DNA from: Podarcis erhardii
Lineage: Eukaryota
DNA: 64,000 nt
NCBI GenBank assembly: GCA_964252035.1
Contig: OZ176209.1
Reading direction: 5' to 3' (one strand)
Below the pieces are notes generated by a model. It was not told the DNA's origin. It did no database searches and saw only the letters and a program-made list of their open reading frames with translations. A program made the translations under genes and the position numbers. Of the stretch, positions 10,502-23,470 are shown piece by piece (the stretch's first letter is position 1; every line of letters starts with the position of its first letter).

Positions 10502-12239
10502 CTGAAATGGGGAAAAGTGGGAAGAGGATTTGCAATTCAATTTTTTGCCCCCTGTGTTTGTGAACAAAATTCTCTGAGAAAAGTCAATCAGAAATGTGTT
10601 CCTCTAATTAGATCAAAGGAAGCTGTTACAAAACTGCTTTAACAGTTTCAGTTAAGTCATCTTACTTTTTTCTAGTTAACCAGGGGTAGGTGGGGGCTTT
10701 GTTTTGGGAACACGCAGTATTCACCTTCTACAAAAAGGCATGTGGTACCTCATTTGAACATTTCCTTAACAAAAACTGATTATTTTCATATTGGCTTTGA
10801 CAACACATGACAGGATTCTACTAGCAGAAATTTTGCTTGTCTACCCAAGAGAAACCTAAAGGAATTACTAATATATTAACTCATTAGGCCCTATTGGAAG
10901 AGAAGAGCAAGCAATTCTTACAAGAGAAAATAACTTTAGTGTAAAACTAAAGTTGCAATGGGAAAACAATGACCTATTTCCTAACATTCCCACATTAGCC
11001 CAAAAAAACCTGGGCTAATGTGGGTAACACCAGGCCCAGATCTAGCCCCAAATCAACTGGGGGAGTGGAGAGGAAAGGAGCAAACTGCATCTCCTCCTAC
11101 CTCATCCCAGGGCAGGATTTAATTCTGCTGGGAGCTGCTCCACCAGACCTTTTCCCACAGGGAGCACACTGGCAGAGCAGGGCCCGAATGTCAGCGGGAC
11201 TGAAACCTCCTGTTCATGAGTGGGGAAAGAGACACAGCGCTCACTTCCCTCACCATCTGAGAGGTGCTGCAAAAGCAGAGGCTGGCAAGGAAGATGCAGT
11301 GTGTTCCACTTGAAAGGCCTCAAGGGACAGCTGGGTAGCAGCAAGGAATGGCGCAGGTGGGAGAAGCCTGAACTCCCAAGACCCAGCAGCATCCATGGAA
11401 TGTGCTTGGTGCTTGCTTAAAGGGTAAGATAGGCAGGAAGGGAACTTGTTGAGGCTGATGATGGGAGCAATGAGTAGTGTGGATGGAGGCGGCAGAAGCC
11501 AGACCCGCTGTAGGCACTTTCTTTATAGGGTCTTGTATGGCAACGCAAATCCCTGTTCGGTTTCAGCAGAAGGAGCTGCTGGTCTGCTGGAGGAAATCAG
11601 GTAAGATTACAACAGCAAGAGAGACTTGCAAAATGAATACTGTTTTAGATGCTTACCAGAAAATTCAATCCTTCAGGGGTCAGCTTCCCCAGCACATTCC
11701 CTGCGGGGAGTTTGCTGGAGAAACAGACTCCCTGCCTCTCCTGCATCCCAACCAATGCCCCACTCCCTAACAGCCCCAGATTGTTCCAGGCAGCCCAACC
11801 TGGCTCAGTCTGGTGCTGCCTCTACCCAACTTGGGATTCCCCTCCTCCCTAACTGTCCCAATTCAGTTCAGGCTTCAGCCAAATCTGGTGCACAGCCTGA
11901 ATATTTACAATGCCTGAGTGACCACAGTACAATCAAATCATTGTTAAAGAGCAAAAGGGAATGTGCTACCCATAAAAGCTACTGGGAAAAGAATAAACCC
12001 AACAGATCCTTTTAGTCACTGCTTAAGAGCAATCGTACTTTCACCCCGTGTCAAACTATCCACATAATCACTTGGGTGTTTTTAATTATTATTCATTTGT
12101 TTTAAGGTAGAGTTCCAAAAGCCAATATTTTTGAGATTATAATCCTTTAGCACAGGATTCATGAACAAACCTCTAGTATAATAAACAGCAGACACCAAGT
12201 GTTCTTGTTCAGACATTGTTCATTCCAAAAGGTTCTTAC

Positions 12240-12309
12240 CAGTATTTGTAGGCTGTTCTGGTGCAGATGCCATTCCAGTAACCGTTGTAGAAGCCACTGA
12301 TGGCAGAGG
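12240..12309 (-). CDS. WNK1: WNK1 exon 22 (PLPSVASTTVTGMASAPEQPTNT)
   Basis: Long U tract then catag|CCT; G|GTAAGA; phase 0-1 bridges exons 21 and 23. Sequence is diverged. Confidence 0.85.
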
Positions 12310-13239
12310 CTATGAAAAATACAAACAAACAAAATAAAGTTCACCAGAATATTCTAATTTCCTTTTCTTTTTAAAAAAATTCAGGGCACTAATTTGCCCG
12401 TAGTTATTCACCGGATCACATCAATTCTCTTAAGCTTCAGATACCAAAGCAAAGCACTGACGAGTATCCACTGTAGCAAGCCAAGGCCTCTCCTTAAGCA
12501 GCCTTCCCAAATCCAGTATTAGCATATGCAAGGCCATCCTGTTTCAAATGATTCTGCACACACCACAGCATCTTAAAGTTGGGGAGGGGAAACCCTGAAA
12601 AAACAGCTTTGCTGTTGCTAATAACAGTCGTACCTTGGTTCTCGTACATTTTGGCTCCCAAACACCGAAAACCCAGAAGTGTTCTGGTTTTTGAATGCTT
12701 TTTGGAAGCTGAACATCCGACGCAGCTTCCACTTGAGTGCAGGAAGCTCCTGCAGTCAACCGGAAGCCACGCCTTGTTTTTTGAATGGTTTCAGGAGTCA
12801 AACGGACTCCCTGAATGGATTAAGTTCGAGAACCAAGGTTCCACTGTACAGGCCTTATATTTCATATAACACAATTTGTTTTCCATACAACTCCATTGCC
12901 TGTTTTCATAGTTGGAGAAAATGCTAGTTCTCACTGAGATGGTAAAATTGTGTCTGGGCTGCAGGTGGAGGTTCACATGACTGAATACTATTCCACACGC
13001 AAAAAACTTCAACACAGAAAACTTTTTAGGAGGGAAAAATGTGTCTTATAGTGCGAAAAATACGGTATATATAAAGAGTAGAGAATGGTGTATGTAATTA
13101 TGAGGAACATAGCATGATGTAGGGCCTGCACATACACGGAGGAATACATAGACCTCTACATGTATAAATGGAGTCTAAAATAAGGTATGTGGTGCCTATT
13201 TTATACTGAAGGGGTAGTAAACATGATTGATTTGAATAA

Positions 13240-13345
13240 AATCTGGAGGGCAACTCTCACCAGACCCAGCCAGCATGGCCAACAGCCGGGGTTGATGCAA
13301 GTTGTAGCCAACAATATCTGGAGGGTAGCGCATTGACCACTCCTG
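13240..13345. mobile_element. Short palindromic hAT-type MITE relic
   Basis: ccagccagcatggccaa...gttgtagccaacaatatctggagggt...; same family. Confidence 0.45.
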
Positions 13346-13763
13346 CTTTTCCATTTAAAAAAAGAACACAAGAATCAGGTTCAACCACAATTAAAATACT
13401 ACAAAACAAACAGTATGGAAACAGGCAATAAACCAATGACACCTTTGTTCTAAGCCAATAATCTATTTTGTCCCTGGTGCCTCCACTCATCATAGCTGCA
13501 AGAGACGACTGCCTCTCCCAATCTCTAAGCAAAGAATCCTGCTTCCCTCGTTAGCCACATAAATACTTGTACTCCAGAGCTTGTGGTGGGCCAAATGAAA
13601 CCAACTGCTTCTTGCTCACCCCTCCAGCCCCTGGAAATGAATCTTGCAAGTTGTAAGCCCTTAGTAAACATGTCCCTTCTGCCCTGGGCTTCCATCACAC
13701 AGAAGCAGTGCAGACGCAGATGGGCATGTTGAACTTTTTGGTCACTAGTTCAGCAAAACTTAC

Positions 13764-13847
13764 ACCGGCAGGAGCTGATGTTGGAACATTTTCTGGACTC
13801 AAGGCTCTTCTCAGCTGGGCATCCAAATCCTCCAGAGGTTGCTGGGA
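13764..13847 (-). CDS. WNK1: WNK1 exon 21 (SQQPLEDLDAQLRRALSPENVPTSAPAG)
   Basis: cctgcag|TCC and GGT|GTAAGT; 84 nt. Confidence 0.96.
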
Positions 13848-15240
13848 CTGCAGGAAGTAGGAACAGTTAGCTGTTGCCCCTTTAAACCTTGCTATACATG
13901 TAACATCTAAACTATTGTGAATTCTACAACAGAATTCTGAAGTGACATCAGAAATTCAATGATTAAGCAGAAGACCACAATATGATCATCTTTTAATCAT
14001 AGAACATTCACGAATGTGACTTTACTTCACCATAATGTCATTTACGACAACATACAATGCAGCAGTCAAGCTTCTCGGAAGCTAATCAATTTCATGTTTT
14101 TAAAGAAACCTAGTGAAGAGTCCAGAACTTGTGTGTTTGTGTATTCCACAGCCCTCAGTCACTTAAGACACACACAAAGCCTCCTTCAGAATAATCCTGT
14201 GTGGGCACCTTGGAAACTACTTTATTGGGATAAATGTTTGTAGCCAACAGCCTACTTGAGGTGTATAAAGTGAACTGAAAATGGACTGCTGCTTACATGA
14301 TATATACCCAGAGTTGAGATGCACTAAACTTTCAGAGAACAGTTATTTCCAGTTTTCAACAGCTATATGGCAGGAAATAAGAGGAGAGATAAATGGGCAC
14401 ATTGTATGGTATTCAATTATGCTTTACTCAGTGTAGAACATTGAAATTAATGGACCTAAATTAGTCATGTTCATTAATTTCAATTGGTCTACTCTGAGTA
14501 TAGCTTAGTTGAATTTCACCCTTAATACAAGCATCCTTGAGCCAGTCAGGTGACTGTTGAGATGTCAGATTCCCATAATACTCTGGGCTACATTTTTCTA
14601 CCCATCCAACATTTAACACACTGTCATTTACAAAGTTTCCAAAAGAATCACTCCTTACTGCTCAGTAGATGTCTGTTGAAAGCAAACAAGCTACATGATG
14701 TTATTATATGACCAATGCAAAATCAACTACAATCAAATCCGTTCAATCCATGTCTTGGCACCTCAATAAAAACCTCCATATAAACCAGTCCTTAGCCTTC
14801 ATAGGCAAACACAGTTGTTTTATCTACCCCATAATCTAGGAATCAAAGGAACCAGCTCATGTGCATTCATTAAATTTCATCCTTTACACTTCATCCATCT
14901 GTTTCAGACCTTGGAGAACATCTCCATGGATTCATTTTGTTTCCCCAAAGTACTAAAATGTAAGAATCTGGCTCTAATTATACACAACTCTGTATTGATG
15001 ACTCCATACCTCAATCAACTTATGACGGAAGTAGAATATCTGCTATTAGGCATGCAATGCCACATAATATCAGACTAATATTTTTGAGATGTTTCTTTCC
15101 ATCATGTTTGTAGGACAAAGCCTAGAAATTGCTCTCCAGATAGGTATGAAACCCATTACAGGCCATTGTGGAAACGAGATATTACACTTACCCAAAGTGT
15201 GCCTCATCTTACGTTTCCTACAACATCTTAAGCATGGTTA

Positions 15241-15577
15241 AAGGTAAAGAGACCCCTGACCATTAGGTCCAGTCGTAACCGACTCTGGGGCTCATATCAC
15301 TTTAATTGGCCAAGGGAGCCGGCGTACAGCTTCCGGGTCATGTGGCCAGCATGACTAAGCTGCTTCTGGCAAACCAGAGTAGCGCACGGAAACACCGTTT
15401 ACCTTCCCGCCGGAGCGGTACCTATTTATCTACTTGCACTTTGACGTGCTTTCGAACTGCTAGGTTGGCAGGAGCAGGGACCAAGCAACGGGAGATCACC
15501 CCGTCACGGGGATTCGAACCGCCGACCTTCTGATCAGCAAGTCCTAGGCTCTGTGGTTTAACCCACAGCGCCACCCG
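15241..15577 (-). mobile_element. Sauria SINE (Squam1/POM type), slightly 5'-truncated
   Basis: tRNA head and conserved core (ctagcagttcgaaagcac...gtagataaataggtaccgc), ACCTTT tail, 12-bp TSD taagcatggtta at 15229-15240 and 15578-15589. Confidence 0.92.
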
Positions 15578-15957
15578 TAAGCATGGTTAGCATTGTGTTA
15601 TAAAGGAATAGTATGAAAACAGAAAGAGAGGCCTAAGTAAAAGTATAAAAATATACCTTTAATTGCTATAATTTATTCAGGAGTTTGTTTACATATCCAG
15701 CCATGAAAATATCATAGCAACATTGACTGATGAGGTGACTAAGGTTAGTTTAGAACAGGCATCCTCAAACTCAGCTCTCCAGCTGTTTTGGGTCTACAAT
15801 GCTAACCCCAAGAAAGTACAATTAGCATTAAACTAGTGCTCATGAAGTTCAGCAGCTTTTATTTCTTTGTGGGGCTTGGACATTGGGGCACAGCATTCTT
15901 CAAAGGAAAAAAGGAGTATTAAATGAAGAAACCATTTCAATTTTTATAAAAGAAAGG

Positions 15958-16315
15958 GTAAAGGTAAAGGTACCGCTGCCCGTACGGGCCAGTCTTGCCA
16001 GACTCTAGGGTTGTGCGCCCATCTCACTCTATAGGCCGGGAGCCAGCGCTGTCCGCAGACACTTCCGGGTCACGTGGCCAGCGTGACAAGCTGCATCTGG
16101 AGAGCCAGCGCAGCACACGGAACGCCGTTTACCTTCCCGCCAGTAAGCGGTCCCTATTTATCTACTTGCACCCGGGGGTGCTTTCGAACTGCTAGGTTGG
16201 CAGGCGCTGGGACCGAACGACGGGAGCGCACCCCGCCGCGGGGATTCGAACCGCCGACCATGCGATCGGCAAGTCCTAGGCGCTGAGGTTTTACCCACAG
16301 CGCCACCCGCGTCCC
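15958..16315 (-). mobile_element. Sauria SINE, full length, variant CpG-rich subfamily
   Basis: Begins GGGACGCGGGTGGCGCTGTGGG, shared core, different 3' half, (ACCTTT)n tail, imperfect TSD aaaagaaagg. Confidence 0.9.
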
Positions 16316-16429
16316 TAAAAAAGAAAGGTTACTCGGTGTAAAAAAAAGTATAGAAAGAAATAACATGCAATAGGGTTTAATTTAAACATGCTCTTTGAAA
16401 AGGGGAAAAAAGAGAAGCAGATATAGCAC

Positions 16430-16513
16430 CTGAGTTAGTGTAGGTCCTGGAAAGGGTGGCAGCGGCTCACTGGCTGGAGTGCCAGCTGGAAGTTCAGAAC
16501 CTACCAGTGGCCC
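16430..16513 (-). CDS. WNK1: WNK1 exon 20 (GPLVGSELPAGTPASEPLPPFPGPTLTQ)
   Basis: catag|GGG and CAG|GTGCTA (weak donor); 84 nt; resembles human VLPVGTELPAGTLPSEQLPPFPGPSLTQ. Confidence 0.93.
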
Positions 16514-18734
16514 CTATGAATAGATGGTAAAATTCAAGTTCAGTCACAGAAGAAAAAGATTGTAACATCATATGGAAAAAAGAAAATTCACTGTAGAAGC
16601 TTTAATACTGAAGGAGTACCATTAACAAAATAGAAACAAATTTTGAGACAATGTGCTTTGACTCAACCACCACAAATGCTAAAACATGGTCCAGCACTTG
16701 GGACGCTTTGCCACCTTTTTCTGACTTCCCATTTCCATAGTGTTGCCCCTTCTCTGCTCACTCCCTAGCAACTGCTTATCTCTCACTAACCCTGGTACAG
16801 ATTTCCTACCCTCCTACCTGTTACTGGATTGATAGTGGGATCTGGGTTATTTGACTGTAAACATAAAGTGTAGCGAAAGCTATTAGAGGGAACACAATCA
16901 ACCCCTGTATTTAAGGGCAGTTTGAACAAGGCAATACACAGCCAAGTTTTCACAGAATCATAGAGCCATTAAAATGAATGAACGTTACTAAGGGAGCAAC
17001 TAATTTCAACAGGTCTACTCTGAGTAAAACTTAGCTGACTACCACCCAGACCAGGTAAAGGCTCTCAAAGGTCAATGCCAGAGTTGCCTTTATACTCATT
17101 TCATACATGGACCTTTTTCTACTCATGTTAATTTCCTATATGAAAACTACTCTACGCAGAAGCTTGTAAACTCATGTGGCAGTTTTATTTTGTTTTGTAA
17201 CACGTAATACTGTACCTAGTTTTCCAGCAGACTAATTGCGGCATAAAATAGTGTCATATGTGATATAGCCCCAAGTGGAGGAAAATACTTTTAGCAGTCT
17301 TCTCCAAACAATTCTTAAGATAACACTGTTATCTCAGATACTGATTCATGAGACATAGTTAGGCACAGCAAACATTACAGAAATCCACAGTGCCTAGTAT
17401 TACAATCTTATGGCACTTATGCTTAGAAACCTATTACCATTCTACAACAAAGCATCTGTTGTAGCCATTTTGATAGAAACTACTGAATGTGTATTATTGT
17501 TTACACACCATGCTATACTGAGAGGAAAAAACCTCTCTTCCCATGCAAGTAGTTTGCAGTATGGCATGTCTCAAGCCATCCTTTGATGCGAAAGTACATT
17601 CAGAAGGTCTGGCTAGCTAAAGTAAGTATTTGTGGATTACGGTTACTGTAATTATTTGCAAGGCTGATCAACCAAAAGTGTAAAAAGGAGCTAACAAATG
17701 GATGGATGGTGCATGTTTGGGTTTAGTTGAATTCATAAAAACTAGCAGTCTACTGGGTGTTTTATTAAAAGAAGGTTGAACATGCAAAATGCAAGGAAAA
17801 ACTCAGCTAAGTTACAAAAAGGTTGTTAGATAAGAGGCAGTAGAATGAAGCACATCAGTCTCATAGCAAAGTTAGACAGAACATTCCAGCGACTTCCGTA
17901 TGTAATAATAGAAATGAAAGTTTAAAAGGTAAGGTGTGGGATCTCTGAACACTCTCTCATCTCCCTCTTAAAAACACATAGCTGTACAAATTTCAGCCTG
18001 GAATAATCAATGTGTACAGTACTTTTTGGCAACATGAATGAACTGAAAGTTAGTGCTATCTACTTTTGACACTGGACAGTTTTAGGAAACAATTGACTAC
18101 ACAATCTGATACAAATTTCTGTGAACACCACAAATCTTTTCCAACTGTAGTTTCCCCTGTAGAATTTATATCGATGGCACAGCCCATGTTTATCATAGAA
18201 CTACAGTTAATATGTCAAGTGTGCCATCAGACTACAAATCCTACTACATACTTTGGCACTTAAAATCTCCTCTATTTACTGAATGTACATGCCACAAAAC
18301 AGAACTCATATGCCCACCCAAAAACAGCTAACAATATGTGTACATGCATGCTCCACATGCATGTTTCTTGTTACATCTTAATAAATTGACGCTCAGCTGC
18401 AAACTGCAACAATTGTCTCAATGTTGGTCAGATGTTTGCCTTGCATTTGAAGAAGTTGCCATGGCTATTGGCCACCCAGAATGTGAATTGAAATGAAAAC
18501 AGCCCATGGTGCTAGTGATACATTATTTCTTCCTTGTTTTGTACACAATGAGGTCATGGCAAGCACCAATACTTAAGAGGTATGCAAACAAATGGGGGAA
18601 AGAACAGCTGAATTAAAGCACTAAATGCACAGAACTGACCATGGAAGGAATAGCTAAATGTTCCAGGTCAGTCTTAGAAGGCTCCTAGCTTAGGATATTT
18701 TAAAACGCATTCATAAGACCACTGGATTCCTTAC

Positions 18735-20128
18735 CGGTGCCCTGCTAAGAGGTGGCTTTGAAGGAGGTGTCCCTGATTTGGCTGTTGCTGAGGCCGTACT
18801 GCATGTTGTAGTAGTAACACAAGTGACTGGAGTGCCTGCTTGCCCCGGTGTGGCTACTGGAGTCGCAATAGGTAAGCCTGTTGGACCAAGAATCAAACTG
18901 GCTGGTGGTATACTGGTACTTGCAACAGGTGCCGCAGGTTTTGTGGGCGCAACAGCAGTGGTCGGCAAGCCAGGCATAACTGTAGTCTCCACCACCAGTG
19001 ATGTCTCCAGGGATACCGATGGGTGAGCTGCTCCAACACCGCCATGCTCACTGAAAAGGGACCGGAGTTTTTCTTCCAAAGTCTTTATGTCATCTATGCC
19101 GGGTGCTTTGGGTTGACTGTCAACATCCCCTTCCAGGCAGTGAGTATGAGGTTGATTGGCTAATGGAGCTGGTTGAGGCTGAGTATGTATTAAAGTCTGC
19201 TGGACTGCAGGGACATTCGTTACTGGTTGTGCCAATGGCAGAATGCCAGGTAATACTGGGGTAGAGACAGCACCTGCTGCCGCACCTAAGCTAGATGAGG
19301 TAACTGTGGGTGGGATGGGTAACGGCTGCGAGATGGAGCTAGATATGCTTGATGCTACTGCAGAAGATATAGGTACAGAAACAGGCGCGGGCAGTCCACC
19401 TCCGCTGACTTGCTGTGGTTTTTCCGGTGACTGTTCGGTTTTTGACCTTGGCTGCAACACACTAACTACCACCATTTCAGCTAGGCTGGGTACAGAGCCG
19501 CTCGTGTTCAACTGAGAAGACTGTGAAACCACGCTCTGTGCCGAAGACACAGGGACTGAAGTTTGAGAAACGGCCGGGGCAGCACTGCCAGCACCAACCT
19601 GTTGAGATGTCGCAGTTGGTGCCACAACTCCCGATATTGTAATGCTAGGCCTTGTCGTTCCGGCTTGTGGCAATGTTAAAGAAGCAGGGGTGCTAACACT
19701 AGGAACAATTTCCCCAACAGCAGAAGCCGCCTGGGATGCAGTTGTGGACAAAGAAGAAGGTGCACTGACGCTGGAAGGCACTCCGCTAATTGACTGTGAC
19801 TGCAACCCTGGTGGTGGAGAGCTGGAGCCTGGCAATTCTTCACCCGACGGAAGCCCTGCTGTCACTTTTTCTGTTGCTGGTAAAGAAACACCGGTGGTGG
19901 AAGGAACTGAGGCAGAAGGAGCAGGCACCGATGTTGGTGGCAGCCCCCCATTCATGCTTGAACTTAGGCATGGAAAAGGTGGCACAGCCTGGTTAAAAAC
20001 TGGGGGAGCTGTACTTGGTCCTTCCGTCATTTGAGCGTGCTTGAGCTCGGAGAAAGCTTGTTGCAGACTGAGTGAAGATGCAGAGTGAGAGAGATTCATT
20101 CCAGGGCCATGAGATGGAGAAGCAGCAA
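18735..20128 (-). CDS. WNK1: WNK1 exon 19 (large S/T/P/A-rich low-complexity exon; GIDDIKTLEEKLRSLFSEH)
   Basis: ttgcag|TT and CCG|GTAAGG; 1394 nt; ORF 18711..20147. Confidence 0.97.
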
Positions 20129-20645
20129 CTGCAAGGAAGAGAGGCAAAGTCAGTTTCTCTGCAGAAACTTACTGGGTGGTAGTTAACGAAGTTTTACTCG
20201 GAGTAGGCCCACTGAAATCAATGGGCCTAACTTCGATTTCTGAAAGATATCAAAGGCCATAAGTACTTTCTATAGCAAAAGATTTTTGCACTGACTGCAT
20301 CTTCATTTTCTACCTAAAGGAAACTTGGGGGAAGGAGGAACACTGTGGCAAAATTAGTTGTTTTTCTGATTCCCCTGCTCCCACAGGTTTCAGCAACGGT
20401 GAACTACCACAAATTCAAGTCACCGAGGCTTATAAAGTACTGGAAACAAGCATATATATGCAAGATAGCTTATGGATGCAAGAGGCAGCTAGATACCCCT
20501 TTATGACTAGGAATCCTAATTTTCTATTTCTAACAGTATAACTTTCACAGTACTGCACACTCAAATAGATGGCAACAGTTTATGCCATGCTAATAAAGAA
20601 AGAAGGTAGGTTTACTTTCATTTTACCTATATATTTTTACCACAA

Positions 20646-20770
20646 AGATGGGGAAACTGCAGCCCTTCAGGTGCAGCTGATCTACAACTCCCATCATCCT
20701 TGGCTCTGTTAGCTGGGGCTGATGGGAGTTGGTGTCTAACAACATCTGGAAGGCCAATGGTTCCCCATCT
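20646..20770. mobile_element. Short palindromic hAT-type MITE
   Basis: agatggggaa...ctacaactcccatcatcc...gatgggagttg...ttccccatct; ends are inverted repeats. Confidence 0.6.
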
Positions 20771-21216
20771 TTGATTTACAATATTTACAAGCCACCCTAC
20801 AATAAAGTTCTCAATGCAGCTCACAATAAACAATAAAACCATTCAAAATCCCAACATAAAAAAATACAAAAGAGTCAGATGAAATAAAAACATGTTAAAG
20901 CTACAGCAAATGAAACCACCTGGATGTTTTGATTTTTTAAAAAATGCATTCGCCTGGTGCTGACACCAAAGTGGTCACCAGGCAAGGACATTCTCTCCCC
21001 CATAGCCACCGGCTGCAGCTCATTTGGCTGGAGACACTGAGAAGGGCCTCTGAAGAAGAACCCAACACACAGGTAGGTACACATGGAGAGAGACATGCCT
21101 TTAGAAACAAATAATAAATTCATTATTGATACAAGCCCCGTAAAACTGTTTCCTTGAAATCCACACATTCTGTTAGTGGTAAGAGCAGGCTGTGTTGGGA
21201 ATGGTGATTAACTCAC

Positions 21217-21354
21217 CTATATCAAGCAGCTCACTTTCTGATGGGATAGAAGTGAAAAATCTCTGTTCTCGTAACCTACTTTCGGGTACAGGGCTGACAA
21301 TAAACCGTCTTCCAGCAGAATGGACAACCTGCGTCAATGAGTTAGGAGGAACAC
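21217..21354 (-). CDS. WNK1: WNK1 exon 18 (SAGRRFIVSPVPESRL; RFxV motif)
   Basis: ctttag|GT and G|GTGAGT; 138 nt. Confidence 0.96.
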
Positions 21355-21515
21355 CTAAAGTAACAGAGAAAAATGTAGGATTACAGTTGTGCAATTTCCT
21401 ACTGAGCTATGTACAATCTACCACACGGTCCTGAATCATGCCATGACTGTCTTATACTACACCTAGAATACAAACCAGCAATAGAAGATTGTTAAGAGAA
21501 TTCAATAGCCCTTAC

Positions 21516-21573
21516 CTATTCTTTGTGGCATAGAAGACACAGGATCTGGCTGTTTGAAGTCTCCATCCAATTT
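21516..21573 (-). CDS. WNK1: WNK1 exon 17 (KLDGDFKQPDPVSSMPQRI)
   Basis: gttgcag|AAA and G|GTAAGG; 58 nt. Confidence 0.94.
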
Positions 21574-21891
21574 CTGCAACAAATGAAATGATTATTTTTC
21601 TGCATAATCCCAGCATTCGACCACTAAATACACTGATGGCCATGTCTGGGTGAAATGGTAAATTCTGGTTTAGTTCTAGGTAAACCTACTCTGGAGCTTG
21701 TGAACTCCCTTCCACTTACACAGCCAAGGAGAAGTTGTTTCATGGCTTTCATAATTTCTTTATCATTAAGACTTTAGCTCAAGTTGATAGATAACTTTTG
21801 CCAAGACTGCTTGTTGGAAGAAAGAGCAGTAGAAAGACGCATAGACCTTGTGGCAGAAGGCATGAGTGCAGACAGTAAGATAAACCCTTAC

Positions 21892-22038
21892 CTGGTTATG
21901 CATACTGTCCATGCTCTGGTCACCTTCTGGTTCCCCACTTGCATCCTCACTGAGCATTTCATCTGCCTTTTCTATGATGTCACGCACCTGCTCTACAAAT
22001 GAATCTCTCTCCATTGCCAAGATGAATTCATTTTGCAC
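21892..22038 (-). CDS. WNK1: WNK1 exon 16 (VQNEFILAMERDSFVEQVRDIIEKADEMLSED...)
   Basis: atgcag|GTG and CAG|GTAAGG; 147 nt; second CCT-like domain. Confidence 0.95.
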
Positions 22039-22262
22039 CTGCATGAAATTTTGAATTGTGGTAAGTACAGACATGTCACCTTCCACTCACCTGAGCAAGT
22101 AACAGCAGCAGTTCAGGCGGACGCACCAAATGGAAAACTATGCAGCACTATGGCAGTTACAGATGCTGCCCTTTCTCTCCTATCCTAAAAAGGAAAACTA
22201 GCCTTCCAATCTACAAGTACTGTACTAGTTTGAACACTTTTTGTAAATCACTTTGAGGCATT

Positions 22263-22287
22263 TCTCTCTCTCTCTCTCTCTCTCTCT
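22263..22287. repeat. (CT)n microsatellite
   Basis: About 12 CT units, read directly. Confidence 0.9.
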
Positions 22288-22952
22288 ACAATTAAGCGAT
22301 GTAAAAATTTTATGAAATAAAAAAATAAACTGGTGAGATAGTGAACTCAACTATGCCCAGCTTTGGTCACAGAGACACTCGCCAAATCTGCTGCTTTCTG
22401 TCTTCTGCAAACGTGACTGCATCTCTTGCAGTGATAACAAGAGGGAGGGATAACCAATCTAAACAGAGGATGAACAGCTATATTCTCAGTAATCATGGAG
22501 TTTACTGGGGGCCTTCCATTATGTTACTTGATAGACTAAATACTTCGTATATAATTTCCCAAACATTCAGTAGTTATGGAAACAAATATTAGAGGTCTGA
22601 TTTCCCCCCAAAATAAAAATATGCATTCTGCTTTTGGGCTAGCCAGTTGCCCCTTCCGGATCATGGCCCTTGAGTGCAGAACAGTTGGACAATTGTTTGC
22701 TCGAAGAAATGATAGTTCTGAGAAAGAAGTTGATTCATGTCTTCAACTGTTTGATTTAAGCAAGTACTAGCCTACATACAGCAACTTCAGACATTCGTTA
22801 ACCAGCAAACTGTGGCAAACTCAGCAGACACATTACAACAAGAACTGTGCTAAAAACAAGCGCTTGGAGAAAGCAAATTCAGTAGTAATTAAATATTAGG
22901 TACTGAAGCTAATATTTGAACACAGAATTAAGCTTCCATCTGAACTGCTTAC

Positions 22953-23069
22953 CATGATAGAGGCTATTTCCTCTGGATTGTCACCATCCAAGTCAAATTT
23001 GAAAGTAACCATTTTTCTATTGTGAGTTTCTAACTGGCATTCCACAACACGGTCTCCTTTATTTGAAAC
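22953..23069 (-). CDS. WNK1: WNK1 exon 15 ([39 protein letters not shown])
   Basis: tccag|GTT and ATG|GTAAGC; 117 nt. Confidence 0.97.
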
Positions 23070-23314
23070 CTGGAACAGACAATTCTGTTATTCAAGATGA
23101 GAAGTAAACACAATGGAAGAGAATGATAGCTGTAGATGGGCTGGGAGCAATATAGAGGCAGGAAAATACACAGATGAAATTATCAAGAACCACCAGGGAT
23201 TTTCCCCACAGCCATAAATGGACTGAACAAGGCATTCAGGGGCATGGGGGGTTGAATTCAGTCTTCTCCCATAAAAGTGAAATTCCATATATTACAAGGG
23301 GACAGAGTTGTCTG

Positions 23315-23470
23315 GTTCACACATAACATGAAGCCATGGTTTATTAAACACAGGCGAGTAGTATACTTATGGTACATTTAGTGCCAGCAAACCAGGATCT
23401 GAAACCATGATTTGTTACTGACTTGCAAACCTTGGTTTCTTTTAAATATGGCTTTGTGTTATGTGTGAAC
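23315..23470. mobile_element. Hairpin-type MITE-like relic (aaaccatggttt family)
   Basis: Perfect 13-bp inverted repeat gttcacacataac / gttatgtgtgaac with internal aaccatggttt motifs. Related relics continue to ~24270. Confidence 0.45.

Noticed and set aside
18778-20034. Plus-strand ORFs of 82-130 aa
   Set aside because: Antisense shadows of low-complexity exon 19.
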